Shown: piece by piece, positions 28,587 through 37,956 of the stretch
How the letters are laid out: every line of letters begins with the position of its first letter
How positions within the stretch are numbered: position 1 is the stretch's first letter
Source: an uncultured Candidatus Saccharibacteria bacterium
Lineage (GTDB): Bacteria > Patescibacteriota > UBA1384 > JACPKC01
DNA: 64,000 nt
Assembly: GCA_964423885.1 (NCBI GenBank)
Contig: CAYRGD010000001.1
Coordinates: forward strand, 24,156-88,155
Direction of reading: 5' to 3'
Program-made: the position numbers and the translations under genes
The notes under the pieces: generated by a model
What the model was told of the DNA's origin: nothing
Databases searched by the model: none
Seen by the model: the letters and a program-made list of their open reading frames with translations, nothing else

Positions 28587-29078
28587 ATGAACGGAGGGAT
28601 TATGGGGCACCAGGAACGGGCAGAAGGAATCGAAGCGGCGATCCGGCAGGCAGGGGACGCAGCGGCGTTGCGCGCAGCGCTCCAGGAATTATCAGATACG
28701 TCTCACGGACGTGAAAAATCACAGGCGTTGTACGAAGCTTACGGCCCGGCGCGGCTCGTGATGCTCACCTTGTCGGGCTACGAATCGCCCGACGCGCAGC
28801 GTCGGGCCGAGTCGGCCGGCGCGCTCGTATCGGTGGTAGCGGTGCTCGACAGCCTTGACGCCCCGCACCTTGCCGAACAGGTCTGGCTTATCCTGGCCGC
28901 GCAGCAGGACGTCTTGCTCCAGCGGATCGAAGACGACCTCGAAGCCTTGCAGACAGGGGAGCCGAGCCGCCGCCTCGACCGGGCGAAGCGCGAGCTGGCC
29001 GCCGCCCACAAACTTATCCGGACACGGGCCAACCAAGTCGTCAACGACTATCTGGCATTCTCGTATGGCCAAGCGTAG
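28587..29078 (+). CDS. Hypothetical cytoplasmic protein
   Basis: ORF with a GGAGGGA ribosome-binding site; the alternative start ATG at 28602 (MGHQER) is better spaced from the ribosome-binding site. No recognisable motif. Confidence 0.5.
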   Translation: MNGGIMGHQERAEGIEAAIRQAGDAAALRAALQELSDTSHGREKSQALYEAYGPARLVMLTLSGYESPDAQRRAESAGALVSVVAVLDSLDAPHLAEQVWLILAAQQDVLLQRIEDDLEALQTGEPSRRLDRAKRELAAAHKLIRTRANQVVNDYLAFSYGQA

Positions 29079-29151
29079 CTGGATCCGCGAACTCGTGATC
29101 GCGTACCTGCTCCACGTAGTGGTCACGCCGGTGGTCTAGCGGGGCGAATCT

Positions 29152-29190
29152 AAAAAAAACAACACCAGCCGTTTGGCTGGTGTTGTTGTG
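29152..29190. terminator. Bidirectional Rho-independent terminator between convergent genes
   Basis: A8 tract, a perfect 13-bp inverted repeat AACAACACCAGCC-gttt-GGCTGGTGTTGTT, then a T-rich run. On the - strand the stem is followed by T8. Confidence 0.7.
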
Positions 29191-29206
29191 TGGAGCAAGT
29201 GCCGAG

Positions 29207-31069
29207 CTAGCTATGGAACGGCCGGCGGATAATGAGATACGACACCATGCCCGACAAGACGAAGGCGATAAGCAGCGCCAGGCTCAAGCTGGTACCGGTC
29301 TGGGCGAGCCGCGAGGGCACCGTGGCCGTGGTCACGGTCGACGTCGCCGCCCGCACCGTGATCGTCTGGGTGCCTACCTGGCTGCCGATCCGTACCGTGG
29401 CGGTGTACGTGCCGGGATTCAGGTACGTATGCGACACCGACGCGCCGGTCGCGGTCGTGCCGTCACCGAAGTCCCAGGTGGCTGTCGCCGCATCGGGGCC
29501 CGTGACCGTCCCGGCTACCGTGAGCGGCGAGCTACCCGAGGTCGGCGTGAACGAATAGGTGAACGTCGGGGCTACGGGAGCGGACGCGATCGTGAAGCTG
29601 GCCGACTTCGTCTTGACCGTGCCGGCGTGCTCGTACGTCACGGTTACGGTGTACGGGCCGTCGGGCACGTGGGCGCCCGCGTCGTTCTTCTGATCCCACG
29701 TCCATGACTTGGAGCCGCCCGCCGCTAGCGTGGCTGCGGCTTGGGTCGAAATGGGCGAGAAGACACCCGTGGTGCCGCTCTTGATCCCGAACGGCGCGCC
29801 ATTGGGCAGCGTCAGCGGGTCGGTGCTCACGTTCTTCAAGCTGAACACCACCGGCTCGGCCGGGTCGTAGACGCTCTTCGACAGCGTCAGCACGGCATCG
29901 TCGGCAGTGTTGGGCGTCACCGTGACGGTTTTCTGTGATGTCTGGGTTGTGCCGTTCTGGGTCTGCGTCAGCGTGACTACGTACGAACCCGATGTCGCAT
30001 AGGTGTGCGACAAGTCTGCCCAGCCGCACGTCGTTGTCCCTATGCCGGTGCAGAGCGGCTGCTGGTCCTGGGCAGGCGAGCCGTCGCCCCAGTCCCAACG
30101 TTTCGTCACCCCGGTCGGGGTCGCGTCCGAATGGCCGGTGACCGTGAGCGGCGCCATGCCGCTAAGCGGTGTCACCGAAAACGAAATCGGGGCAGGGGAC
30201 GGGGGAGCCGGCGTCGAGACGGCCACGGTCTTCTGCGCGCTGAACGGATCCGAGGTGAGCCTGATTTGGTACGAGCCCGACGACTGGTAGGTGTGGGTCA
30301 CGGTCGCTGATCCGTTTTGGCTGGTTTGGCCGTCGCCGAAGTCCCAGTTCAAGACCAGGCCGGCTGCCTGCGTGCCGGTGTAGGTGGCGGTTACGGCAAG
30401 CGGGGCGGTGCCGCTCGCTGGCGTCACGGTAAAGTCGAAGTTGCTGATCGGCAGGTGCGGCGTGCCGAAGCTCAAGTCGTCGATCGCGACCGCGTACGAC
30501 TGCGACGCATTCTGTTTCTTGATCTCGAACTTGGCGATGCCGGTGCTGCTCCCCTTGGTCAATGTGACCGGGACGCTGTCGCAGCCGTTCCCGGTGCTCA
30601 CTACCTTGGATTCGATGGTTCCCCCGCCGATGTCGTAGCTCGTGACCACGGCGTTATTGAATTTGGTCAGCAGCACCACGGTCGACAGGCTGTCCACGAC
30701 CCGTCCGTTCGTGAAGCCGACGGTCAGCCCGTACGGGTCGAACGACCCGCCGGATTGGACGACCAAGGCGTTCGGCTGCGACGGTGCGCCGCTCCAGCCT
30801 TGGCAGATGCCGCTCGTGTCCGGCACGTAGAGCCGTGCGCCATCGCCCGCGCCCGACGAGTCGACGTAGATGCCCTGGGCGGCGTAGGCGTTATGGTCGA
30901 TCACCCCTTGGCCGCGGTCGTCGAAATGCAACACGGTCGTCACAGAATCCGCCTGCGACTGCTGGTTGGTGACCACACCCCAGTACCCGATGGATATCGA
31001 GAAAATCGCCACGGTCGCGCCGATGGCGGCACGGATCCTGCGCTGAATGCTGTCGACTGGTTTGGCCAC
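29207..31069 (-). CDS. PKD-repeat cell-surface protein with C-terminal LAQTG sortase sorting signal
   Basis: GTG start at 31069 sits 6 nt after AAGGAGGG; the track's upstream ATG at 31102 would include the ribosome-binding site. At least 3 PKD-like modules (WDFGDG/WDWGDG). C-terminus SRLAQTG + hydrophobic stretch + RRPFHS is a sortase sorting signal of the LAxTG (class-E-like) type. Confidence 0.75.
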   Translation of the reverse strand: MAKPVDSIQRRIRAAIGATVAIFSISIGYWGVVTNQQSQADSVTTVLHFDDRGQGVIDHNAYAAQGIYVDSSGAGDGARLYVPDTSGICQGWSGAPSQPNALVVQSGGSFDPYGLTVGFTNGRVVDSLSTVVLLTKFNNAVVTSYDIGGGTIESKVVSTGNGCDSVPVTLTKGSSTGIAKFEIKKQNASQSYAVAIDDLSFGTPHLPISNFDFTVTPASGTAPLAVTATYTGTQAAGLVLNWDFGDGQTSQNGSATVTHTYQSSGSYQIRLTSDPFSAQKTVAVSTPAPPSPAPISFSVTPLSGMAPLTVTGHSDATPTGVTKRWDWGDGSPAQDQQPLCTGIGTTTCGWADLSHTYATSGSYVVTLTQTQNGTTQTSQKTVTVTPNTADDAVLTLSKSVYDPAEPVVFSLKNVSTDPLTLPNGAPFGIKSGTTGVFSPISTQAAATLAAGGSKSWTWDQKNDAGAHVPDGPYTVTVTYEHAGTVKTKSASFTIASAPVAPTFTYSFTPTSGSSPLTVAGTVTGPDAATATWDFGDGTTATGASVSHTYLNPGTYTATVRIGSQVGTQTITVRAATSTVTTATVPSRLAQTGTSLSLALLIAFVLSGMVSYLIIRRPFHS

Positions 31070-31169
31070 GGTTCCCTCCTTACGCGTTGCGGTTGTTGCC
31101 ACTATACCCTACTGCGACTTGTGGATGGCGGGCTTTGCTATACTGGCACCACAGGAACGGAGGGACAGC

Positions 31170-31598
31170 GTGCTCAACGGATCGGCCAAGCGGAGCCTCA
31201 TCATTGTCGTAGCGTGCGTCGTGTTGCTCGTTGTCTTTGGTGCGACATACTATCTCTATACGCGCCGCTTAGCGGTAGTTGCGGAAGAGAACTCGCCCGT
31301 ACGTGGCACGGTCATCCAGGCGATTGGCAACAGTATCACGCTCCGGGATTTTGGTGAGGACGGTATGCTGTCCGACGATGATCAGACGCTCTTCTATGCA
31401 CTTACTGCGGATACTGTTGTTCGTGCGCCGCGCGCTGACGGCAGACTCGTTCAGACTGGCCTAGGCGCAGTGTATGTGGTGGGAGCTTTGGTCGTAGTTC
31501 GTGAAACGGCCGATGCCGGCAACGGTCTGGTCGAGCTACGCGCTGCTGACGTACTGTACACGCCTCCTGTGACGCCTGAGCAAGAGGAGACGCCGTGA
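31170..31598 (+). CDS. Small membrane-anchored protein (paralog of 33209-33631)
   Basis: GTG start 5 nt after GGAGGG. N-terminal TM then a beta-rich domain (RGTVIQAIGNSITLR...LFYALTADTVV...GLVELRAADVLY) alignable with gene 33209-33631. Lower GC than the window average. Confidence 0.55.
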   Translation: MLNGSAKRSLIIVVACVVLLVVFGATYYLYTRRLAVVAEENSPVRGTVIQAIGNSITLRDFGEDGMLSDDDQTLFYALTADTVVRAPRADGRLVQTGLGAVYVVGALVVVRETADAGNGLVELRAADVLYTPPVTPEQEETP

Positions 31599-32017
31599 CC
31601 GCACTCTACAATGTTGGTATTGGCGTGGTTGTCACCGTGCATATCGCATGGATCGCGATCATGTTGGCAGGAGCGGGCGCATCGCTCTTGGGTTTGCTGC
31701 GCCGCCGGCCGGTTCTCGAAGCGGGATACCTGGTTGCGATTGCGTTGACCGCGCTCAATCGCGTAGTTAGTCCAGATGTTTGTTGGTTGACCCAGGCCGA
31801 ACTCGTGTTGCGCCAGCTCGCTGGCCAGCCGATTACGCGCCTGGGGTTTATCGAGCGCGGCTTTGCTGCCTTGGGACTGTCGGTCAGTAGCTCCTTCATT
31901 ATGACCGCAGAAACCGCCTGGTTTATGATCGGCATAGGTGCCACCCTGGCGTGGCATCTTGGCAGCCTGATACAACGTAACAAAAGGCGCGGTAGCATTG
32001 GAGCGGAGGAAGCATGA
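31595..32017 (+). CDS. Polytopic small membrane protein
   Basis: GTGA overlap with the upstream gene; 3-4 predicted TM helices; no recognised motif. Confidence 0.5.
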   Translation: MTALYNVGIGVVVTVHIAWIAIMLAGAGASLLGLLRRRPVLEAGYLVAIALTALNRVVSPDVCWLTQAELVLRQLAGQPITRLGFIERGFAALGLSVSSSFIMTAETAWFMIGIGATLAWHLGSLIQRNKRRGSIGAEEA

Positions 32018-33192
32018 CACTACTGCGACGGACAATCGGGTTGTTTTTAATCGCATGTGCTGCAATTTCGGCATTCATGTTCAGTTTTCCGACCACTGCC
32101 GTAGCGGAAGTCCCCTGTATTAACACCGTCTATAATAATAACTGCACGACTGGTTCGTCGGGAACTTCAGGAACCGAGGCGCGGATGGCCCAGATTTCGC
32201 AGGTCAATCCCAGACAATGCGCCGCAAGTACTCTTTTTAATGCACTTGCGGGATATTCGACGGAAGGCGATACCGTCGTCTACACCTCGGAAGCTGTCCC
32301 AGGTATGACCCAAGTGCCAGGCTCGGGCCAATTCTCGACCGTCTATCGGGACGGCGCACCCATTGGCACAGCATCAACTACATTGAACGTGCTTGGCTGG
32401 CAAACGTTCCCCAACTCTCCATCCGGGGTTCACACGTACCGCGTCGACACGTATTTTGAGGCGCTTATTCCCACAGGATCCACGCTGGGTTATAACGTGA
32501 GCGTCGCATCCCCGGCTTTTGCGCCGCAAACGCGCCGAGGGCGCGACGTAACCATCACGAGTCCTGACGCGAGCTGCTCCCCAGGTAATTCAGGAGGGGG
32601 CTCTGCTCCCACTCCTACTCAGCCAACTGCGCCGCAGTCGATCGCGTTACAGACGCCGCAAGCATCCTGCGCGGGTACCGTCGCCCAGGTGCCGCTTGCG
32701 TGGTCCAGTACACTCACTCGTAACCAGAAGCAACTTACCTCTCGTGACGATACCGGTTTAGCAGGAGCGCTCGAGGTAGCGTATATCGCTCCTATCGAAA
32801 TTCCCTTAGCTACGGTCCAATACCAAGTCTTTCGCGACTCGTTTGTGATCGCGAATAACATTACCGGTACTACATATGCCGACGCTGCTGCACCGGCGGG
32901 ATCGCACACCTACTACATTGCGGGGGTAAGCAGTTCGTATAATACGTACCAGAGCGAGCCGAAAACCGTGACGGTGCCTGATTGTGGCGGCAATACGCCT
33001 ACGCCTCCGACTCCGGTAACGCCTCCTGTCACCGTGACGCCGCCGACGATGACGGTGCAGATCCAGGGCGCGGGCGCGGTCAAGCCGAACCAGACCTACC
33101 AGTACTGCGCGATCTTGAACGGCCTCTATATTCCCTCGGGCAGTACTGCCGCTCAGGCGGTACCGGCGCTGTGCAAGCCGCCGTACGAATGA
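32014..33192 (+). CDS. Secreted protein with Cys-bracketed FN3-like module shared with the 1172-aa protein downstream
   Basis: Signal peptide MTLLRRTIGLFLIACAAISAFMFSFPTTAVA. The module QASCAGTVAQVPLAWSS...YQVFRDSFVIANNITGTTYADAAAPAGSHTYYIAGVSSSYNTYQSEPKTVTVPDCGG aligns with aa about 375-460 of ORF 33628-37146. Pro/Thr-rich linker. ATGA overlap upstream. Confidence 0.55.
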   Translation: MTLLRRTIGLFLIACAAISAFMFSFPTTAVAEVPCINTVYNNNCTTGSSGTSGTEARMAQISQVNPRQCAASTLFNALAGYSTEGDTVVYTSEAVPGMTQVPGSGQFSTVYRDGAPIGTASTTLNVLGWQTFPNSPSGVHTYRVDTYFEALIPTGSTLGYNVSVASPAFAPQTRRGRDVTITSPDASCSPGNSGGGSAPTPTQPTAPQSIALQTPQASCAGTVAQVPLAWSSTLTRNQKQLTSRDDTGLAGALEVAYIAPIEIPLATVQYQVFRDSFVIANNITGTTYADAAAPAGSHTYYIAGVSSSYNTYQSEPKTVTVPDCGGNTPTPPTPVTPPVTVTPPTMTVQIQGAGAVKPNQTYQYCAILNGLYIPSGSTAAQAVPALCKPPYE

Positions 33193-33208
33193 TGCTATAC
33201 TGGCTGCA

Positions 33209-33631
33209 ATGCAGGAGGGCGTTAGTATGAGGAATCCATCAACTGGACGGACTATCGTTGTCGGTTTGATCGCAATCGCGCTGATTGCAGGTGGCGTCTA
33301 CGCCTATCAGCGTACCCGGAATAGCTCGGCGGTTGCGGTGCCGACCGACCCGCAGACGCTGCTGGCCGTCAACAGCCAAGTGATCGACGCGACCGGTAAC
33401 ACGGTCACCGTCCGCAGCATGGTCTATCCCGACGTGGTGCTGACGGTGGCGTTCACCGATGCGACCACGTACGGCAAAACGCAACCCGACGGCACCGTGT
33501 CCGACGAACTGCCATTCGATTTTGTAATCGGTGACATCGTGACCGTCCCTGCGCTGCACGTTGCCGATACGGGCCTGATCGAAGTCGACCAAGTAGTGCT
33601 CGTGCAAGCATTCCCGGGAGGACGGCCATGA
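33209..33631 (+). CDS. Small membrane-anchored protein (paralog of 31170-31598)
   Basis: N-terminal TM (IVVGLIAIALIAGGVYAY), then SQVIDATGNTVTVR...VVLTVAFTDATTYG...GLIEVDQVVLV, parallel to the first gene of the operon. Confidence 0.55.
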   Translation: MQEGVSMRNPSTGRTIVVGLIAIALIAGGVYAYQRTRNSSAVAVPTDPQTLLAVNSQVIDATGNTVTVRSMVYPDVVLTVAFTDATTYGKTQPDGTVSDELPFDFVIGDIVTVPALHVADTGLIEVDQVVLVQAFPGGRP

Positions 33632-36600
33632 ACGCTCGTCTTATTGGCACGATCGCGGCTTCCTTTTTTGTGCTGCTGCTTGGCGCGGGATCTGCTGATG
33701 CAGCCCGAGTTACCGATCGAGTGGGAGGCAGTACTCCGGTTGGTCCTCACTGTGGCGGTCCGGGTGGCTATATGCCGAATGCGCGCTATACGAACTGGGG
33801 CATCACTCAATACGGCAACCCGCCGTATGACTGGGTTCGCTGCTCCGCGCAGCCACCAGCGGGCCGGACGAGCGACGGCCTCGAATACGGCAGTCCTCGG
33901 TATATCAGTCCGGAAATTTTGAGTTACTGGCGCACGAATTCACTTCCGTTTCTGCCCCGTGACTTCGGTGTCTCCGATCCCTATTACTATATAGGCCTCG
34001 ATAGCAACGTCCAGCAGCTTGAGGTCGAAGAGTTGTCCTTTTTGGCATATCGGATCGAGACGTCGACGGAGAGCGGCGGTGGCTCGTCGTGCAATCCGCT
34101 CACCGGTCTTTGCAATCCGTTGATAGGCGGCTTGGGAGGCGGTGGCAAGGGTGGTGGCGGCCGCGTCAAGATCTATCTCCCAGCCACGAGCACGTCGAAA
34201 CTGGTCAACATTGAAACTGGCGAGACATTTTTCAGCGAGACCGCCAATAGCAACCCGCCTCGGGAATCAGGCTCGACCGCGAACGGCTGTTTTCCGTACT
34301 TTGGCAACTCGGTCCGAACCGGGGCTAGTATGTCCAGCTGCTTCAATATCAGCGTTCCCAGGAAGGTAGTGCTTACCAAGCAGCAAAAGAACGACATGTA
34401 TAAAGTCGTGCTGGCCAACGAAGTAACACCGTCGGGCCCTTGGACGCTCGTGTCTGATTGCAGCTATAACACAGGAGTGTTAGGAACACAGGTACAATCC
34501 GGAGGCTCATGCCTATTTCAGCTTGGCGCAAGCGCATCCTATGCTGGGCAGCCAATTGCCTTCGAAGGTAATGGATCCAGTGCTGCCGCAGCCTCGCTCT
34601 GTATGGGCGGTGGCGTCCTGAGCTCGTGCACACCGCAGCCCATTAATAAAGTGTTCGTTACTGGTGGGATGGAGATGAATACCTCCCGCCTGTCGGCATC
34701 GGAAAGTCCACTTGGGACGCTCCCGACCCCGCCACCACCGCCCAAGATCCCGCTCAATAACCCGACCACCGGCTGCTCGAATAATAAGGCGTACGTGACG
34801 CTGACATGGTCGGCACCGTCGGGCGTTGCATTGAAGCCTGGCGCCACCGTGTTCCGTGACAACGTCGCGATCGGTAGCGTGGGCACAGGCACTACCTTTA
34901 CCGACAGCGCTCCGTTGCCTGGTGCGCACGCCTACTTCGTGAGCGGTGCGGATGCGTCCTATACCGTGATTAAGAGCGATCCTAAGACCATTACCACAGC
35001 ACCGGGTTGTATCCCGGCGGGGATCACCGTGGAATTGTCCGGGCCCACGAGCGACCTCAAACGGAACAGCCAGTACCAGTACACGGCAACGGTAAAGAAC
35101 AGTGTGACCGGTGAAACGCTTCCGATCTCATCGGGTGGCACGCCGGGTGGAATGACGACCATTAATTTCGACGGCGAGTCGCGCGGTTTCAAGGGCACCA
35201 ACGCGTGGGCGTCGCGGGGATTGATCGTGGAGTCCGGCATAGCGCCGTCGATTCCTGGCGACGGTGCGTCGCTGGTTGCGGCCGGCAGTGCCGCGTGCCC
35301 GGGGTACGTCGCGCCGTCGTCACCCAGCTACATGATCGGTCACGAACCGCGGTTCGGGGATGCGGCCTGGCTATCGTTCAAGCTGAAATTCGTTGACAGC
35401 AAGGTAGTCGACCAAGCGACGTTCAAGGTGGTGCACGGCGGTACGTCCGCGATCCGGGTACAGGCGATCGATACCGCTGGCCGCGTCATTAGCGACCGGA
35501 CGGTTGGCGGCCCGGGCAGCGGTGTCTGCGTCGGGTCGGCCCAAGTCGTGTCGCTTGCTAAAGGCAGCACGACCGGCATCGCGGAAATCCGCATCGGCCG
35601 CACCGACGAGGCGTCGTTGACCAACGAAGCGCTCCGCACCAACGGGTTCGGCATCGACGACCTGTCGTACAGCCAGCCCCATAGTCCCGGCGAATCGATC
35701 ACCTGGTCGCTCGTCAATAACCGGATCGGATCGCTGTCGCCCACGACCGCCACGCCGACCACCTTGTCGACCGGGTCGAGCTGCGCGATCGGTACTGCCA
35801 CTGACATGGTGGCTGCCACGGTTACGGCCGTAATCGGCGGTCAGACGCTGACCGGTACTGGGTCGCTGCCGGTGGCTATGCAGGATCCGTGTGCCACGCC
35901 GACCGGCACCGCACCGTATGCGGTCGATGACCAGGCTGCGACTACCGTAGGCACTCCGATAGCTATTCCGGTGCTTGCCAACGACGGTGATATCGACAAC
36001 GACCTCGACCCGTCGAGCCTGGCCGTGGCCGCGCAACCGGCCACTGGAACGGGTACGGTCACTAAGACCGGCACGCAGCTGACGTACAACCCGGGTGCGT
36101 TTACTGGTCCGACCGCTTCATTCATGTACCGCATCTGCGATGCGGGCAGCCGCTGCTCGACCGCCAGTGTCCAGGTGACCATCCTACCTGTGCCGACCGA
36201 TATCACCTATGCCTGGTCGGTAGACCGGCCGGATAGTACGCACAAGGAATTCGGCGATTTGGCTGCGGCCAACGTCAACCCGGTCAAATTCACGACCGGC
36301 GAGAACTGTACGCTACTCAACGCCTTCGGTCCGGTGACGCTCAAGCTCGACGTCACGGCGAAATTGAACGGGCAGGCCGTAACCGGCACGGCGTCGAAGA
36401 TCCTGTCCGCTGCCAGCGTCTGCGGCGGTAACATCGTCGGCGATATCTTTGGGGGCGGCAGTGGTACCGGCACTGGTGTGTCCGGCTTGAGCGTTGGGCG
36501 GAACTCGGTAGTGTCGTCGACCGGCAAGGTGAGTGTCGGGCGGAACCAGGAAACCACGAACACCTACAATATCGAGAACTACGACCCGACGTCGGGATTG

Positions 36601-37146
36601 GCTTGGAGCGATGTGCAGGCTAAGTCCGAGTGCACCACGAAGCAGCTTATTACGCAGAAGGCGAAAACGATCGGGAGCTCGATCGGCGGGACGTTCAACT
36701 TGAATCCAGCCGGTGCCAGCAATCCCGAAGGCGGCGTCTGGTATGCGGCGGGCGATCTCACGATCGCGAACGGTACCACCTTCGTGGGCAAGGGCACGAT
36801 CATCGCTGGTGGCAAGGTAACGGTAGCCGGCACGGTGTCATACGGATCAGGTGGCAACTTAGGCGTCATCGCCTGCGGGAGCGAGGCGTCAGCGACCGCG
36901 CCGAAAGCGATCTCGTTCGTAGGCATCCAAGGCAGCAGTATCGTCGGCGCGTACTTCGCCCCGAACGGCACGATCCGGTTCGGTACGAACATCGACCGCG
37001 CAGTGGGTCTGTTCGTAGGTAACGCGTTGCAGCTCGACCCGTCGCTCACGAATCTGACGATCCTCTACGACGAACAGATCACCGCCTCGCCGCCACCTGG
37101 GTTCAGCCAGTCGTTCGTCCCGGCACTCACGGAATCGGGCTCGTAA
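33628..37146 (+). CDS. Giant secreted surface protein (1172 aa): FN3-like, cadherin/Ig-like and C-terminal beta-helix-like domains; candidate pilus-associated adhesin
   Basis: Signal peptide MNARLIGTIAASFFVLLLGAGSADA. Cys-bracketed FN3-like module (CSNNKAYVTLTWSAP...TVFRDNVAIGSVGTGTTFTDSAPLPGAHAYFVSGADASYTVIKSDPKTITTAPGC). Ig/cadherin-like domain (AVDDQAATTVGTPIAIPVLANDGDIDNDLDPSSL...). C-terminal GTIIAGGKVTVAGTVSYGSGGNLGVIACGSEAS...AVGLFVGNALQLDPSLTNLTI resembles ice-binding-like/DUF3494 beta-helices (from memory). ATGA overlap upstream; pilN follows directly. Confidence 0.55.
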   Translation: MNARLIGTIAASFFVLLLGAGSADAARVTDRVGGSTPVGPHCGGPGGYMPNARYTNWGITQYGNPPYDWVRCSAQPPAGRTSDGLEYGSPRYISPEILSYWRTNSLPFLPRDFGVSDPYYYIGLDSNVQQLEVEELSFLAYRIETSTESGGGSSCNPLTGLCNPLIGGLGGGGKGGGGRVKIYLPATSTSKLVNIETGETFFSETANSNPPRESGSTANGCFPYFGNSVRTGASMSSCFNISVPRKVVLTKQQKNDMYKVVLANEVTPSGPWTLVSDCSYNTGVLGTQVQSGGSCLFQLGASASYAGQPIAFEGNGSSAAAASLCMGGGVLSSCTPQPINKVFVTGGMEMNTSRLSASESPLGTLPTPPPPPKIPLNNPTTGCSNNKAYVTLTWSAPSGVALKPGATVFRDNVAIGSVGTGTTFTDSAPLPGAHAYFVSGADASYTVIKSDPKTITTAPGCIPAGITVELSGPTSDLKRNSQYQYTATVKNSVTGETLPISSGGTPGGMTTINFDGESRGFKGTNAWASRGLIVESGIAPSIPGDGASLVAAGSAACPGYVAPSSPSYMIGHEPRFGDAAWLSFKLKFVDSKVVDQATFKVVHGGTSAIRVQAIDTAGRVISDRTVGGPGSGVCVGSAQVVSLAKGSTTGIAEIRIGRTDEASLTNEALRTNGFGIDDLSYSQPHSPGESITWSLVNNRIGSLSPTTATPTTLSTGSSCAIGTATDMVAATVTAVIGGQTLTGTGSLPVAMQDPCATPTGTAPYAVDDQAATTVGTPIAIPVLANDGDIDNDLDPSSLAVAAQPATGTGTVTKTGTQLTYNPGAFTGPTASFMYRICDAGSRCSTASVQVTILPVPTDITYAWSVDRPDSTHKEFGDLAAANVNPVKFTTGENCTLLNAFGPVTLKLDVTAKLNGQAVTGTASKILSAASVCGGNIVGDIFGGGSGTGTGVSGLSVGRNSVVSSTGKVSVGRNQETTNTYNIENYDPTSGLAWSDVQAKSECTTKQLITQKAKTIGSSIGGTFNLNPAGASNPEGGVWYAAGDLTIANGTTFVGKGTIIAGGKVTVAGTVSYGSGGNLGVIACGSEASATAPKAISFVGIQGSSIVGAYFAPNGTIRFGTNIDRAVGLFVGNALQLDPSLTNLTILYDEQITASPPPGFSQSFVPALTESGS

Positions 37147-37215
37147 GCGGAGTTATCCGCAGGTGGCCGGAACGGTCCGGCCCGCGTATACTGTCGTAAC
37201 AGACATCGGAGGGGC

Positions 37216-37956
37216 ATGCTTGATTTGAGGGGCACGAATTCGGCACCGAAGCCGGCGCAGCAGCCGGTAGCAGCGGGCGTACCGACGGTCGGCGCGAACG
37301 ACGTCTCGTTCACGCCTGCGCCGCGCCGTTCGTCGCCCATTTTGGAAACCGGCAGCGCCGGCCCTGGCAAGACGATCCAAGGGGTAGGGGCGGGGCGCAC
37401 CAACGACCCGATCGTGATGGTCGTCGCCTTGGTGTCCGTGGCGCTCGCGGGCGTGACCGGGCTCGTTGCCAGCTACTTGTCTGTGCAGCAGGCCTCGCGC
37501 CTGACCACGGCCACGAACCAGTACGATTCCTTGGTGGCGCAGCGGACCACCGGCACCACCGGCGATAACCTCAAGCTTATCGAAACCACGGCCGCGCAGC
37601 TCACCGCCTTGCAAGGCGCGACGGCCACGAGTACGCCGTGGGCCGGCCTGCTCGACGTCTTCGCGAGCCAGGTGCCGGGCGCGATCCAGCTCAAGAGCAG
37701 CACCTTCGATTCCAGAACCAGCCTCGTGACGATTACCGGCAGCGGCAACGCCTACGAAGACGTCGCTCATCTGGCGGCGGCGCTCGGCGCGTCCGACCGG
37801 TTCAAGGACGTGGCGCTCCAGTCGGCCGCGTCGGTCGTGACCGACACCTCGTCGCAGATCGACTTCTCGCTCGCGGCCACGTACGTGCCGGTGGCGCCTG
37901 CCGCCCAAGCGGCCGCGTCAGGCACCGGTACCGCTACCCAAGGAGCCACGCAATGA
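37216..37956 (+). CDS. pilN: Type IV pilus assembly protein PilN-like
   Basis: Cytoplasmic N-terminus, single TM (IVMVVALVSVALAGVTGLVA), periplasmic coiled-coil and ferredoxin-like region. GGAGGGG ribosome-binding site. The context is pilO-pilB-pilT-pilC. Confidence 0.6.
   Translation: MLDLRGTNSAPKPAQQPVAAGVPTVGANDVSFTPAPRRSSPILETGSAGPGKTIQGVGAGRTNDPIVMVVALVSVALAGVTGLVASYLSVQQASRLTTATNQYDSLVAQRTTGTTGDNLKLIETTAAQLTALQGATATSTPWAGLLDVFASQVPGAIQLKSSTFDSRTSLVTITGSGNAYEDVAHLAAALGASDRFKDVALQSAASVVTDTSSQIDFSLAATYVPVAPAAQAAASGTGTATQGATQ

Noticed and set aside
31070-31102. ATG at 31102 as the start of the PKD protein (MATTATRKEG...)
   Set aside because: Those codons spell out the AAGGAGGG ribosome-binding site itself. 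A GTG at 31069 sits 6 nt downstream of it and begins the signal peptide.
29180-31357. + strand ORFs antisense to the PKD surface-protein gene (29180-29707, 30317-31357 and others)
   Set aside because: Arg/Gly-rich shadow frames. The - strand product has a ribosome-binding site, a signal peptide, PKD motifs and a sortase signal.
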